Shown here: positions 1-15,393 of the stretch, piece by piece
How the letters are laid out: each line of letters begins with the position of its first letter
Numbering within the stretch: position 1 is the stretch's first letter
Origin: Octopus vulgaris
Lineage: Eukaryota
Direction of reading: 5' to 3'
Length of the DNA stretch: 64,000 nt
NCBI GenBank assembly: GCA_951406725.2
Contig: OX597826.1
Coordinates: 12,834,001-12,898,000 of the forward strand
Notes under the pieces: model-generated
Databases searched by the model: none
The model's input: only the letters and a program-made list of their open reading frames with translations
Told to the model about the DNA's origin: nothing
Position numbers and translations under genes: made by a program

Positions 1-1567
1 TTTTTCTCAGTTCTCGGAGTTAATGGGATCTAAATCCAGGCAATTATGTTATAGAATTACCTTTTTGCTTTCTTTCTTTGTTTTAATTTTCTGTTGTTTA
101 ATTATTATTTGCTTTCAGTTTTCGATATCTTCTTTGAAAATCAATATTTATATAATTCTTTCAACGGTGGATAGCATCACCAGTGGAACACTAGACAAAA
201 TGGTTTGTGATATTTATCACAGCCACTTACTTTTTTTCTTTTTAAATTCAAACCACGCCGAGGTCAATGTTTCAATTCACCTCTTCTGTTGTTGATAAAA
301 TAGATATCAGTGAAGCACTATGATCAATCAAATCAGCACACCTTTTCGTTAAAATTAAGCATGTTGTGGATGAGTTAAAAATCAATATTCAAATAATTAA
401 CAGTCAAACAAATGTATTTTTACTGTTTCTGCATTTTTGATTTCTTCCTAGATAACAACAGATAATTGCAAAGCCTTTATATTTTATCTGTTAAGATGAA
501 ATAGTGCCTGTGGTGATATTGTTTTCATGGATGTGCGTATATTTTTCTGGGTTTTGTGTCTATTATTATTTATTTGATTGAAACCACGTGATGTTACTTT
601 GTTCGATATCTATAGTGAAGAGGAAGGTTATACACTTAAAGTACTAAGCAAAAAGATTTTAATTAAAAATACGTTTGTGTGAAGAGAAATAAAGGATTAA
701 ATGTAATGATATTTCTTACTATGAAATGCAAGAGATACAACTCTGAAATCCAAATTATTTAAGCATTAAATGGTGAAATCAACGAGGTGGATGTTTGGTC
801 TTTTAGTAAATGCATTAACAACGCGCGACATGTTCCATTATTATCGGGCTTCCTCAGCGAAGCTGACTCTCACCCTATTTACTTTCAGCTCCTTTCAATG
901 ACCTGAGAGAGTGAAAGAATTTTGATGACAGTCATTCATTTGGTAACTTACTATGATGATTGGGGAATATTTCTGCATATAAAAATCATAGTATCAGGTA
1001 GCCTACAAAGAGTAGCGCTCGTTGGTTGGCATAAGGAGTAAGTTTCGATTTCATAATTCGTAAAATAGCCTGATACGAGTCATTAAGCGGGGTTACAATA
1101 GAAATTAAGTGGACAGAAATCATGCTAATTATGGCTTAATCAGAGAATGGACGAAAGAATCCGTGGTACTTTTGTAGGATCTTCAAAGTTGATGGAATAA
1201 ATGAAGAAAGACTTCGTGGGTTACCGTTTAACTGTTTGCAACAGAGTAGGCATCGCTCATAACACACAAGAGCCTAGAAGTGGCATTGAACTAGAAACGA
1301 TCTGGAAGTGGTGTTAAACTACAAAGTTTATCACAGAAAAGAAAGATATGAGTAAAATATCCTTTCTTTGAAATTTCCGTAACGTATTTCGAGATGTAGA
1401 TTTGAAAACAACATATTATTTTTCACATTTAAATGATTTTTAAAAATCACTATATTTGGGTGTAAGTTTATTAAAACTGAAAGAAATTTCGAGCAACAAA
1501 CATTTTTAGTTACTAAACTAAAACCAGCGAGTGATACCTATTATTAATTTCTTTCATATTCTCATTC

Positions 1568-2863
1568 ACTCAATATTCTTGAGGACATTACCCAAAGCAC
1601 TGATCGCAGATCCTGGGTGGATGTTGTTTACTTGGACTTTGCTAAGGCTTTTAACTCTGTGCCACACAAAAGACTTATGGTGAAACTCTGCGTTGGGCGT
1701 AAGAGACGATCTCTATAACTGGTTGAGGTCCTTCATTATCGGCCGAAAAGAGGTTGTCACAGTTCTAGGACAGCACTCTTCACCCTATGAGATGACATCT
1801 GGTGTACCACAGGGATCTGTTCTTGGCCCCCTTTTATTTGTTGCATATGTTAATGACATAGATGCCAACTTAAAGAATGCCACAGTGCTGAAATATGCAG
1901 ATGACATCAAGCTGTACCTCGAAATAAAGAGGTCAGATCCTGTACAGTATAGATCTCTAGTGCAATCAGACCTGGACACAATGCAGCAGTCGATCATGGA
2001 CTGGCAACTCAAGCTGGCTGTAGACAAATGTACCACCATGCATTTTGGATGAAAAACCCAGTGTCTACTTACTCCCTTCACAACACTAATCCCAAAAAGT
2101 CTTCTTGTGAACGTGACATGTGTGTTATTGTCGACAGCGATTTGCGTTGGACAAAACACATCACTAAAATTGCCAAGAAGGCTGAGGGTGTCTTGGCATC
2201 ACTCACCAAGTCCTTTGTGAGCCGCTCTCCGGCAATCTATCTGCGGCTTTATATAGCTATGGTAAGACCTCACCTGGAATTTGCATCACCGGTCTGGAAC
2301 CCCTATCTTGCCCAGGATATTAATCGTCTGGAAGCCGTTCAGCGACGTGCAAACCAAGAGAATACTCTCCATCAGGCATTTGCAATATTCTGAACGCCTT
2401 ACTTCCCTGGGCATGGACACATTGAAACTCCGGCATCTGGCAGCTGACTTGGCAGACACCCATAAAATTATTAACCATCTTACAAACAATAACTCTGAGC
2501 ACCTTTTCAAACTCCACCCGTCAAACACCCGTGGACATATTTACAAAGTCAGAAAACAGCACAGCTCTCATGACTTTAGGAAACATTTTTTCACGCTGAG
2601 AGTTGCTGAAGCATGGGACAAACTGCCGGCATCAGTTGTTAGTTGTCGGAGCACTGCATCCTTCAAAACTTCCATGCTTCCTGATATTCCCCAACACTAC
2701 ACATGATTTCCTCCCTTCCATACACATGCAAGCATGTATCTGACTCATACATTGTTCGCTTTCCAGACATTTCTACATTACTGCATGTACTTTATATGCA
2801 CTTTCTGACATGTTGTGGTGCACCTGAGCACTGTATACAATGATTTCATTATTATTATTATTA
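1568..2863 (+). mobile_element. 5'-truncated, frameshifted CR1-group LINE (RT domain, 3' UTR, (ATT)n tail)
   Basis: DVVYLDFAKAFNSVPHKRL, SGVPQGSVLGPLLF, YADDIK, VRPHLEFASPVWNP and HFFTLRVAEAWDKLP across frameshifts and stops; (att)n tail at about 2848-2863. Confidence 0.92.
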
Positions 2864-3580
2864 TAAGTCTATCCCATAACAGAATCAATATTATCCTCTT
2901 ACAATAGTCGTAAACACTGTAGAATATTTTAAAATATCACAGCGAATGTTTGCTATTGGTCTCGCTTTGTGACCATTTTATTTTACTTACCTTGCGTATG
3001 AAATTATCAATGCTTATCAATGCTTATGAAATTATCAATGTGTAGAAAACAGAAAAACAAATGCACAATCGTAACAGCTACGCCGTTCTTCGACAGTATT
3101 AGTCAGGTAAAAAAAATTGCTCTAGCAAAGAATTGAAATCCGTTATACATTCAAGTCATTGATATCTTTGGTTGATTGCACTAAGACTTAACGTTTACAG
3201 AAAAACGAAATGCGTATTAAAGTCAAAGCTATAATTATATTCATGTTGCTGAATCTGAGAAAATTCCATTCACTACCTAAACTCATAAAACTGCTTTTAT
3301 TTTCGGTCATTACATATTAAGCCTACGCATTGGTGACACGGATTAAATAGGATTAGTTATTTCTTCAGCAAACGACCTCGAGGTGATTTTTAAACCTAAA
3401 CAACGCGGCTAACATGGAGTTAAAAGATGCCATTTGCCTCAAGATAATACTTCTCTTAGACGTTTCTGTGCCAAGACTAACAAATTATATTGAAACAATT
3501 TCTTTTATGTTTAGTAAACTAATTAAACTTTCGAAAATGTCTGACAGATTCTTATCAGAAAGGCTCCCAGCACAGACAGA

Positions 3581-3921
<341 letters not shown>

Positions 3922-4798
3922 CCTAATCACAATGAAGATGTAGAATAAAGATAAGCTTAAGTATACGTATTTGATATTCAGCAGAGTGATCATTACTTTC
4001 AACACAAATACATTTGAACTGCACGATGCGACCTGCAAAGTGGAGACCATCATACCGTGTCGAATTGCTTATAAAATAATGTCTTAACCCTTTTACTGCC
4101 GAAAGCCTATATATATCCACTCAAAATTTCATTACCTTTATCTGATAGTTTTCGTTAAGGAATGTTATACTTAAAACTATTTTCTGTTGTGGTATGTCAA
4201 GTTTATTGTGAGACTACGTGACTTGCAGAAAATACCAGCTCTACTTTTTGGTTGATGTTTAATTTCATTGCCGATATAACTGTGAAATTTAATTTCGCAG
4301 TCAAAGAATTAAGCACAAAGTTGGTTCAATTCTAAGAAAACAGGAGATATGGTTTTGAACACAGTGTCCAAAAATTTGCGAAAATTAAGAATATGATTGG
4401 TAGAATTGTCGAAGGATAACCATGAAAGCTAAAAGCAATTTTCAGTAATATTTTTAGCAAATTTTAAATAAATACAAACATTCAGATACCTGTACTTTTT
4501 ATGTTCTATCACAAGTGTGAATTTGCAATATTGATATAACAGAATCGACTTCCAGGAACAAAAGACAAAGAATCTTATGATCAAATATGTGTGTAGGTGT
4601 AAAGTGATGTGATTTTAACCGAATTTGAGTGAAAAGTAGGTAAAATGGTAATAATTACAATCCGCTTCTGGTGAGGAATATTATTATTATTATTATTTTT
4701 TGTGCTGATGATAATATTAGAAAAAACTTATGTCTACTTATGTACATACATACACACATACATTAGAAATGAGAAGATGAGAAATACACGCGTATAAG

Positions 4799-4912
<114 letters not shown>

Positions 4913-4991
4913 TATACACTCACACATATACACACACGTTTTGATGTTTATGACATGAATGTATACATACATGCATGCGTACATACATACA

Positions 4992-5022
<31 letters not shown>

Positions 5023-5035
5023 TTACATGTCTATG

Positions 5036-5066
<31 letters not shown>

Positions 5067-5082
5067 TTACATGTCTATGTAC

Positions 5083-5392
5083 GAAGGCACGTAGCTTAGT
5101 GGTTAGGGTATTCAGCTCCCGATCTTAAGGTCGTGAGTTCAATTCCCCAGCGACGCGTTGTGTCCTTGAGTAAGATATTCTATTTCAAGTTCCTCCAGTC
5201 CTCTCAGCTGGGAAAAAGGAGTAGCACTTATACTTAAAAGGGCCAACCTTATCCCGCTGAATCTCCCTGAGAATGATATTAAGAGTACATGTTTGTGGAG
5301 TGTTCAGCCACTTGCACGTTAATCTCACGCGCAGGCTGTTCTGTTGTTCGGATCAACTGGAACCCTCATGGTCGTAACCTACGGAATGCCAT
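5083..5392 (+). mobile_element. tRNA-derived SINE group C (body 1, tail X)
   Basis: A-box-like gtagcttagtggttagg, B-box-like gagttcaattcc; tail shared with 59376-59560. Confidence 0.85.
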
Positions 5393-5404
5393 TTTATACA
5401 CATA

Positions 5405-5780
5405 CTAGCAGTATCGCCCGGCGTTGCTCAGGTTTGTAAGGGAAATAACTATAAAGCATTTTTAGAGAGTTATAGCCAAAAAATAGCAAAAAGATGGAAA
5501 AAAATGATGGTAATTTTTTTTTTAGTTAAAAAAGGTGGAGTTGCGTCCCCTAGAGAGTTTGCGGTTTGTGTTTCTGATTCTCGACCCCATGTCGAATTTA
5601 TCGATTTTTTTCAGAACTGGGGGAACTTTTCAAAATTTTCGCTGCGTTAGTTTTGAATTATGACATTGGGCTATGTGTGTATCAAGTTTCATCAGAATCG
5701 GTTGAAAGCCGTGGTCAGGGTGAGGGTACAAGAAAACAGACACACAGAAACACGCACAGACAAACTGCCGTTTATATAGA

Positions 5781-5782
<2 letters not shown>
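5405..5782 (-). mobile_element. Non-autonomous Helitron
   Basis: On the minus strand it begins a|TCTCTATATAAA and ends with the GC-rich hairpin cctgagcaacgccggg followed by CTAG|t; no TSD. Confidence 0.8.
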
Positions 5783-5813
<31 letters not shown>

Positions 5814-5874
5814 GTGTATGTGTGTGTGTGTGCGAGAGAGAGAGAGTGTGTATATATATATATATATATACACC

Positions 5875-6137
<263 letters not shown>

Positions 6138-6924
6138 TTGTACTTCTCATTTTCCTTTTACATAATTCGCAGAACAACAGAACTCTATTGCATTTAAAAC
6201 CCCAAAAATGTGTATTAGATAGAGGATGGAAGGGAGGATTAAATTTAATTTTAGTTGATTTAACTTACTTCTTATATCATGAGAGGGCATGCAGTTGATA
6301 CTTACTCTTAGCAAAACGTCTGACCGCACCAGTAACTCCATCACTGGACATTTGAGTGAAAAAATCTACTTATTTAAGCAAATCTTTGATCTAATAAGTC
6401 CTCGACCGAACGACCAAATGGAATTATATTCTTTAGAAACAACACCGAAGCGTTAATTTATCGATTTTACTTGTACACTAAACTAAAATAACAATTTTTG
6501 AAGTAAAATTATTTATGTAGTTTAACTACTTTGAGTTGTTTACTCGCTTGTTTCAAATAAATATTAGATTACACTTTTTCTTGAACATTTTGAGAAACCA
6601 ATACTTGACTCTGTTGATTGCCATGGACTATTTTCAGCTTGATTATAATTTTAAAATTCGATATTTCCTTCAAAACATGAGATTCAGCAACGTGTATTAT
6701 ATTTTCTCGATATACGCACTGCAGTGTGAAAGTTTGTATGATCGTCTCACGTTACGGCAATAAAATTAGAACGGTGAATTGATACCTGTAACGAGTTTAG
6801 AGCCTAATCTAGGTTGTTAGTATTTTACAAAGCAAATAATGTACATGGAGATATGAATAATGCATCTTCACACATCATTTTCGGATCCAAAATTAAACAT
6901 TTTCAATTATAACAATGTTAACTT

Positions 6925-7518
6925 TTCGTTTTTGGATTTGGTTTGCAAGATTCTTTATATGAGTTCATGTGTTGAAGCATCTTCTGTTGTGTCTGGGGAG
7001 AGTCATTCTCTTTTAGTGCCTTATTATTTAACACACTCACCGGTAAAATTTCCACTTATTTCTTATTTCTATTTTCCTAAAATTTTCGTTGCGTGTTGCA
7101 GCCTTTTCAATAGTTTTGACTCTCTAAATGTTAACTACATTGTCATTATTTTTATATTTATGACCTTATGTATATGCAAGATATTAATTTCGTTTTGGGA
7201 TTTGGTTTGCAAGATTCTTTATATGAGTTCGTGTGTTGCGGCATATTGTGTTGTGTTTGGGGAGAGTCATTTTCTTTTTGTGCCTTATTATTTAATACAC
7301 TCACCGGTAAAATTTCCACTTATTTCTTATTTCTATTGTCCTAAAATTTTCGTTGCGTCTTGCAACCTTTTCAAAACTATTGAAAAGGTTGGAAGACGCA
7401 ATGAAAATTTTAGGACAATAGAAAATAAAAATAAAAAATAAGAAAAAGGGGGAAATTTTACCGGTGAGTGTGTTAAATAATAAGGCACAAAAAGAAAATG
7501 ACTCTCCCCTGACACAAC
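6925..7518. repeat. About 190-bp unit: two direct copies plus one inverted partial copy
   Basis: 6925-7118 and 7188-7373 are direct repeats; 7375-7518 is the reverse complement of about 7250-7373. Confidence 0.92.
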
Positions 7519-7922
7519 TAGATATTAATGTTTTCCATCTTCGAACAGAGCACGTTCTGCTTACCAATTAGTCAAATATATTTCACTGTAGTTTTTATAA
7601 ACTTAAAACAACTGAATAAGAGTCCTTCGAGTAAATAGAGGATTCTAGAGAGAAGCAACTACTTAAGGAATGACTGAGCGAAGTATATGATACGCAGAGA
7701 GATACATTAAGGATGATAAGATATTAAATGGCGTGTGCTTGGGAGGCTCCGTCAGCTAGTGTTGTTATGCAAGTTGCTATTTCAGAGAACCGTTGGAGAA
7801 GCAACTTATGAAACAGTGGAGAAATAGTGCTGCCTTCCAAGCATACGTCAATTCGTATCTTTTCATCCTCAATGTATCTTACTCTCTGTATTAAATACTT
7901 CGCTCAGAGTTGTAAATTATCT

Positions 7923-8338
7923 GTTTCTTTATTGCCTACAAGGGGCTAAATATAGAGGGGACAAACAAGGACAGACAAACGGATTAAGTCGATTACATCG
8001 ACCCCAGTGCGTAACTGGTACTTAATTTATCGACCTCGAAAGGATGTAAGGCAAAGTCGACCTCGGCGGAATTTGAACTGAGAACGTAGCGGCAGACGAA
8101 ATACCTATTTCTTTACTACCCACAAGGGGCTAAACACAGAGGGGACAAACAAGGACAGACAAACGGATTAAGTCAATTACATCGACCCCAGTGCGTAACT
8201 CGTACTTAATTTATCGACCCCGAAAGGATGAAAGGCAAAGTCGACCTTGGCGGAATTTGAACTCAGAACGTAACGGCAGACGAAATACGGGTACGCATTT
8301 CGCCCGGCGTGCTAACGGTTCTGCCAGCTCGCCGTCTT
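7923..8338 (-). mobile_element. tRNA-SINE group A, internally duplicated (dimer-like)
   Basis: Head ggcgagctggcagaa...gagttcaaattcc; body repeated twice; 19-bp TSD tcagagttgtaaattatct. Confidence 0.92.
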
Positions 8339-8489
8339 TCAGAGTTGTAAATTATCTTTAATCGGTAGCTGATATGTTATGCTTGTTTTTCTTTTCTTTG
8401 CAGAACAGTAATACTATCCCTGATATGTGAGCAATGCTAACAATAATGTAGTGTCTGTTTCGACTTTATAGAAGGTCAACAACTGGTCA

Positions 8490-8615
<126 letters not shown>

Positions 8616-9557
8616 CCTTGGGATGGAAGCCTTCAGGATGCCTTTCTAACAATGTTAAATGTGTAAATTTTCTATAAAACATTACCAGAGATTATGAGCT
8701 GGTGTATTTGTCGCAGGACTTTAAATATACATTGTTTCAGCGTATGACGGGGGTGTTTGACTAACATGTGTATCGGTTGTAAATTTGCGACTTCGAGAGA
8801 GATTAGAGGATTATATTCCGATTACCGGATATTTTTTTAGGTTTATCTCAGCAAAATCGGTTTGTATCTGGTTGAGCGCTTCTAGGTTGCATAATCTACA
8901 AAATAATTTGTGATTCTAAGAGAGACTGTGGCCATGTTCTAATTAGAGGATTTGTTTTTTCTTTTCTTGATTTTTATGTTCTTAGAATCGGTGTGCGCCT
9001 CACAGTGAGTGTCTAGATTGCACGAAGAGTGATACTGTTTGATTTTGCTTCAATGCGCACGTTTATCCTTATCTCATCATCTTTACTGTGACATAGGAAT
9101 GTTTGCATTAGAGAGCTTAATGGAATATATGTCAAAAACATTTGTGTTAGAGTACAATGTAACGAAGCTGCTTGACAAACAAAATGTGAACAGTAATCTG
9201 AAGATGCCAGTTATCTTTCGTTGTCAAAAGTATGCATCGCAAAAGAGGACATTTCTGGTAGATTTAGTTCAAGAAGAACTGCATTGATTATCGCTAAGAT
9301 TGAGAAAACTGAAGGCCATAAAGGACATGGTTGTTTATGATTGTGTTTAGCTTCTCTTTCTCTTTGAAATGTCGGAAGTAAATATATCGCAGATTGGTAA
9401 GGTATCTCATAATGCACATCCTGAGATTAGAGAATAACATCAATAGTTTCCAGAGATTGATTTTTGTACAGAAATATAGAAGATCTTTGAAAAAAAAAAG
9501 GGGGGTGCTGGTTTTGCACTGCATCGCTTAAAGTGAATGGAAATGATAAATAATAAC

Positions 9558-9783
9558 TGTTTCTTTACTACCCACAAGGGGCTAAATACAGAGAGGACAA
9601 ACAAGGAGAGACAAACGGATTAAGTCGATTATACCGACCCCAGTGCGTAACTGGTACTTATTTAATCGACCCCGAAAGGATGAAAGGCAAAGTCGACCTC
9701 GGCGTAATTTGAACTCAGAACGTAGCAGACGAAATACCGCTAAGCATTTAGCCCGGCGTGCTAACGTTTCTGCCAGTTCGCGC
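9558..9783 (-). mobile_element. tRNA-SINE group A monomer
   Basis: Near-identical to 8110-8335. Confidence 0.9.
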
Positions 9784-10944
9784 TAGAACCAGTTTTGTTA
9801 TTTTAATTAAATAGAGAAATCATCGTAATTTAATGATGTTAGATCAGGCTCGATCCAGAAGGCCTAACATATATACCTTCTAGATCTTCTGACTTTCCAT
9901 TTTTTTGAGAAACAGTGTATCTAGGACCACATTAACTAATATATATATTGCAGTCGCTAGGTTATGATTTGACTGAGATGTAGCTGCTGTTTCTACAGAT
10001 GAGATCATTAGCGTGAAGGAAAAGATGTTTGGAAGCGCTTTCTTGTATGGTTGTGAGCGTTGTGTATGCACATGCGTGTGTGTGCGTGCATGTGTGCATA
10101 TATGTGTGTGTGTGTGAGTGCATTAGAGTAGAAAAATAGTTGCTTTATCTGTAGAAGATGTATAAATTATTCAGTATATCAATACCTACCTGATATATGT
10201 ATAAAAGGGTTGCTTACGACTGTCTTTGTTCAAGAGAGCAATGTGGATGCTTTCTTCAAACTTTGGAGATATTCTTATGGCAACTGATTAGAAAGCTCCA
10301 CTGACGTTTGGATGATGAAATAGCTTACAGCTTGGGAAATACACAAAGGCATCATGTAGCTAACTGATGGTCGTCTTGAAGACGTTGCTTGCAGATACTA
10401 ATTTCCTTGAGATAACGTATCTGCAGGGTCATTCGCCTGTATAGATGACACACAGCTGCGAGAGAAGCACTTAGGACATACGTGAGGAGCTTATAGCTTT
10501 GAGGCTGTGTGTGCTTTTGATATTATTCTCATAATCCAGACTTGTAGAAGAAATCTGAAATTTGGATTTTAAATAAAAACAACTTTTCTCGATTACATAG
10601 CATTATATTTATTGTCTTAAATTACCACAAAAATTTCTATAGAAACAAATTTACATTTTTATGTCTCACTCTAATGTTTATAATTATATTTTGCAATAAA
10701 TGTTGTTACAAATTTTAGTGTATTTCATAAAACATTTTCTGTAAAGAAGTTTTATTAGATTACACTTAATTCGATGCGGCCTTCGAATGTAAAAGATTCG
10801 GCGCTTATATCTTGGGGAATTGGGAGTTGTAAGGTTTAGTTAGGCGACAGATGTGGAGAATTTTACATAAAAAGAGGGCATTAGTCAAACGCTTAACTAT
10901 TTTGATGTATCGAAGAGGAAGTACATTTATTATTAAATGTAATC

Positions 10945-11141
10945 AAGGCAGCGAGCAGGCGAAATCGATAGAACGTTGGACAAAATGTTTTGCGACATTT
11001 TGTCTGTCTTTATGTTCTGACTTTAAACGCTGCCGAGTTCGACTTTGCTTTTCTTCCTTTCGAAAAGTGGAGCACTGGGGCCAATGTAATCGTCTAATCC
11101 TCTCCTCCCAAATTCCATGCCTTGTGCTTATCGTAGAAAAG
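10945..11141 (+). mobile_element. Old group A SINE
   Basis: Degenerate match to the group A head and body. Confidence 0.7.
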
Positions 11142-12099
11142 TGCAATCATTCTAGAACTCTACTCGAATACTTTACAGGATTTTTAAAATATATCATATG
11201 AATCAGGTTCATTGGGACTTTGTTCAGAGAGCTACGTTGATTCGACAGAGATCACGTGTTTTAAACTAAAAAGCTACGTTTGAAGTTTCTGGGTGAGAAT
11301 AAAATCAGTATTTTTCTAAAAGTCGGTGTATTGGTCAGGTATACAACTATAGACGAACAAATTTTGCAGACTGATCGGAATGGTAATTGATTTAAACTCT
11401 GTTCCGATATGAAGAAGGGCCTATGTGTTCGAAGATGGTTTATCTGTTTTTTGTTGTTAGCTGAAGTTCACTCTTGATCGAACAATCCTATGAGGAAAGA
11501 TGTTTCAAGTGTGACAATTTTTAAGATAGCATATTTAGGGCCAATTGTCCATTATGCCATTCCCTTATTCAACGGGATATGATTTAAATGAGATTTGGGT
11601 GTGTTTTTTAGCAGATCGAGTGTCAATGTAGAACATTTTAGGTAGTGACTTCAGAGAGGTGAATGAGCTAAGATTGACGACATCATGCTTCTTGCCTCAT
11701 TTTGCATAGAAATATGTGCAAGAGTTTGTGGAAACCTCATTAAGGTGAGAGTTGAACTAGAAAAGGCAACAGAAAATCGCCCCAATGCATCGTTTCTAAG
11801 CCAATATTGCACATGTTTTCTTAATACAATCTACAAGAAGCGTCAAACTTGAAACTCGCTGCAAATTTGTTCTCTGAACGATAAACCAGTTGACAATTGA
11901 AATAGTTAAGTTGTTTTTGTCACACTTTATTGATTCTCAACAATTCAAGCAAAAATAAAATGTTTGATAAATGAATCTTAGACCTTATTTCATTCACAGA
12001 GTGATACTAGAGGTAAGAATTGAAATTTTGATATAGTTGATGAATCCTAAGATCGCGAGTCCGCGGTCCTAAGACTGCGATCCTAAGACCGTGAGACCG

Positions 12100-12884
12100 C
12101 GAGTTTTCAAAAAATTTTCATCGTTCTCGCCACAATCAAGGAGATATTGTGTAAATTGAAACCTAAGTGTCATTTTGATCAGCTGGAAGCAGTTTTGGCA
12201 GAAATTTGGCAGACACGCGTCTCATACTGTTATGTCGCACGTTCGGATGACCTCGACTCAAATGTTCTCTACTCTACTCTGCTACTCTCACCGCTACTGA
12301 ACTCTGATGTCTAGAGCTCTCCCTCTATATCTACGTATTGGGCTAGCCTACTTCATTGTCTTGTCTGGGGGCGTCCACACAACACATACACAAATCATTG
12401 ATAATGGGCTGAACTGAACCGTAACTAATCTTCACATCCTCTGATAACTCACAAATGGTGATTCGGCGATTTCCCTTCACAGTTGCATGCATATTTGCAA
12501 TATTTTTCTCAGTTCTGCTGGTTGCTGGTCTCCCAGGTTGTTCGTCAATATCGACATTTTTTTGGATATTTTTGGAAACGTCTGAACCACTTCTACACTT
12601 GTATGCGGCTCATACACTCATCTCCATACACTTTCTGTAACTCTGCGTAGGTCTCTGAGCAGGTATTGCCATGACAACTTCCTCTGTCATGGTCAACGAC
12701 GATCACACGCTACACACGTTCCTTCTCAGCACAGCTGTAAACAACAGAAGTTAGCTAGGACGTTAAAACATACTGCGCATGCACAAAAGAGTTTAAGGTC
12801 AAACTGTATCAAGCGGCTTTACTCTGCATGCTTTAGCTTCGTTACTAGGGCAACAGTCTGGACACCTATTGGTCAGACTTCGTA
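12100..12884 (-). mobile_element. Mariner transposon remnant (left TIR and N-terminal HTH region)
   Basis: TA-cgaagtctgaccaataggtgtccagactg TIR; ETYAELQKVYGDECMSRIQV*KWFRRF...PGRPATSRTEKNI...NRRITICELSEDVKISYGSVQPII, then MRRVSAKFLPKLL. Confidence 0.85.
12228..12384. mobile_element. 157-bp solo-LTR-like insertion inside the mariner
   Basis: TGTTATG...CACAACA termini, 5-bp TSD CATAC; removing it restores the mariner frame DLCMRRV. Confidence 0.7.
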
Positions 12885-12967
12885 TATATATATATATATA
12901 TATATATATACTATATTATCATACTATATATACTATATATATACTATTATATATATATATATATATA

Positions 12968-13721
<754 letters not shown>

Positions 13722-13728
13722 TATATAC

Positions 13729-13812
<84 letters not shown>

Positions 13813-14541
13813 TCACATTGAAGGAGTGAAGCAGGTAAAATTCGGAGTACATATGTTTCCTAGATAGCAGATTGTCTGATGTAATAATTGCTCAGATGAT
13901 CTTCCAACTACGAAACATATGTAGTCCGAATTTTACCTGCTTCACTCTCTCAATTTGTATTTCTATTCGCATTCATATCAATTTAAGTTGCTAAATTTTT
14001 TTCAGCTTCTCAAACTTCAATATGGGAAAAACCTACAACGTTCGACGCCAATAAATTATCAGTGTTCTTGAACGTAGCTTTTTGTACCTACCACGGACTG
14101 TTCGAAGCTTGCTAATTTCCTACACTTAGACCCTCGGATCTTTCAGTTAAACACACACACACACACAGACAAACACGCATAGACACATACACACACACTG
14201 TCAGATATATGTGTGTGTGTGTCTATGCCTGTTTGTTTGCTTGTGTGTGTGTATGTGTGTGTGGTTGCAGGTAGGTAAGTATATGGATGATTTCATTAAG
14301 CCAACATTGTAATATCAATTACGATATCCATTATGTCTCCTTGAAATTTATATTAAGCATATGTAATAAAAGTTCTCTTTTAAAAGCTTTGCATAATCCT
14401 TGCTCTATGTCTAATCGATCCGATTCCGAGAAAAATAGACAAGTTGTTTTGATATTTCTTACGAGATAATGCTCTGTTGGATATTGATACGAGGTTTGAT
14501 AATCCGTACTTAAGAATCTGCATCAAATACATATGTGTCTG

Positions 14542-14631
<90 letters not shown>

Positions 14632-15144
14632 CTAAATATGCTCAATCGTACTCGTACACATACATACATATATTATACTTATATATGATAGGTATAGTCA
14701 TATATATAAACATTACATACACACACGCGCATATGCCTATACATACACACATACACATATATATGCATGTGTATACACATGCACACATATATATATTACT
14801 GATGGGAAAATGTAATTCACACACGCATGTGCGTGTGTGAATTTCAGTTTAGCATCAGTGTGCAATAGTATCGACTTCTGCATCATCTTCTCAGAGATGT
14901 TTCCCTTATCACTGACCTTTCCAGCTGACATTTACACTAGTAATTTTATGTTTATACGTTTTACGTGTGTGTGTGTGTGTGTGTGTGTGTGTATTACTAT
15001 CTGTGTACATGTAGATGTGTATGCGTGTGCTTGCACACACGCGTGTATCACATGCATACATGCATTTAATATGTATCTGTGTCTGTAAATATATATATAT
15101 ATATATATATGTTGGTGCGTATGCTTCTTTGTGCGTGTGTGTGT

Positions 15145-15185
<41 letters not shown>

Positions 15186-15393
15186 AACCATATTATTCTT
15201 GCTGGAGGGAACGACCCACTTTCACTTAGCAACAAAAATGTTTTGTTATTGTTGGTAACAACATTTGTCTTAACTGAAACATGTTACGAAGGGTCAAATT
15301 TATATGCAATGAAACATGTAGTTTAGTAAACCTCTTTTCCTTATTATTTACTGCCCTAAAGACTAATTTTGATTGTAATACTGTGTGTTTATA

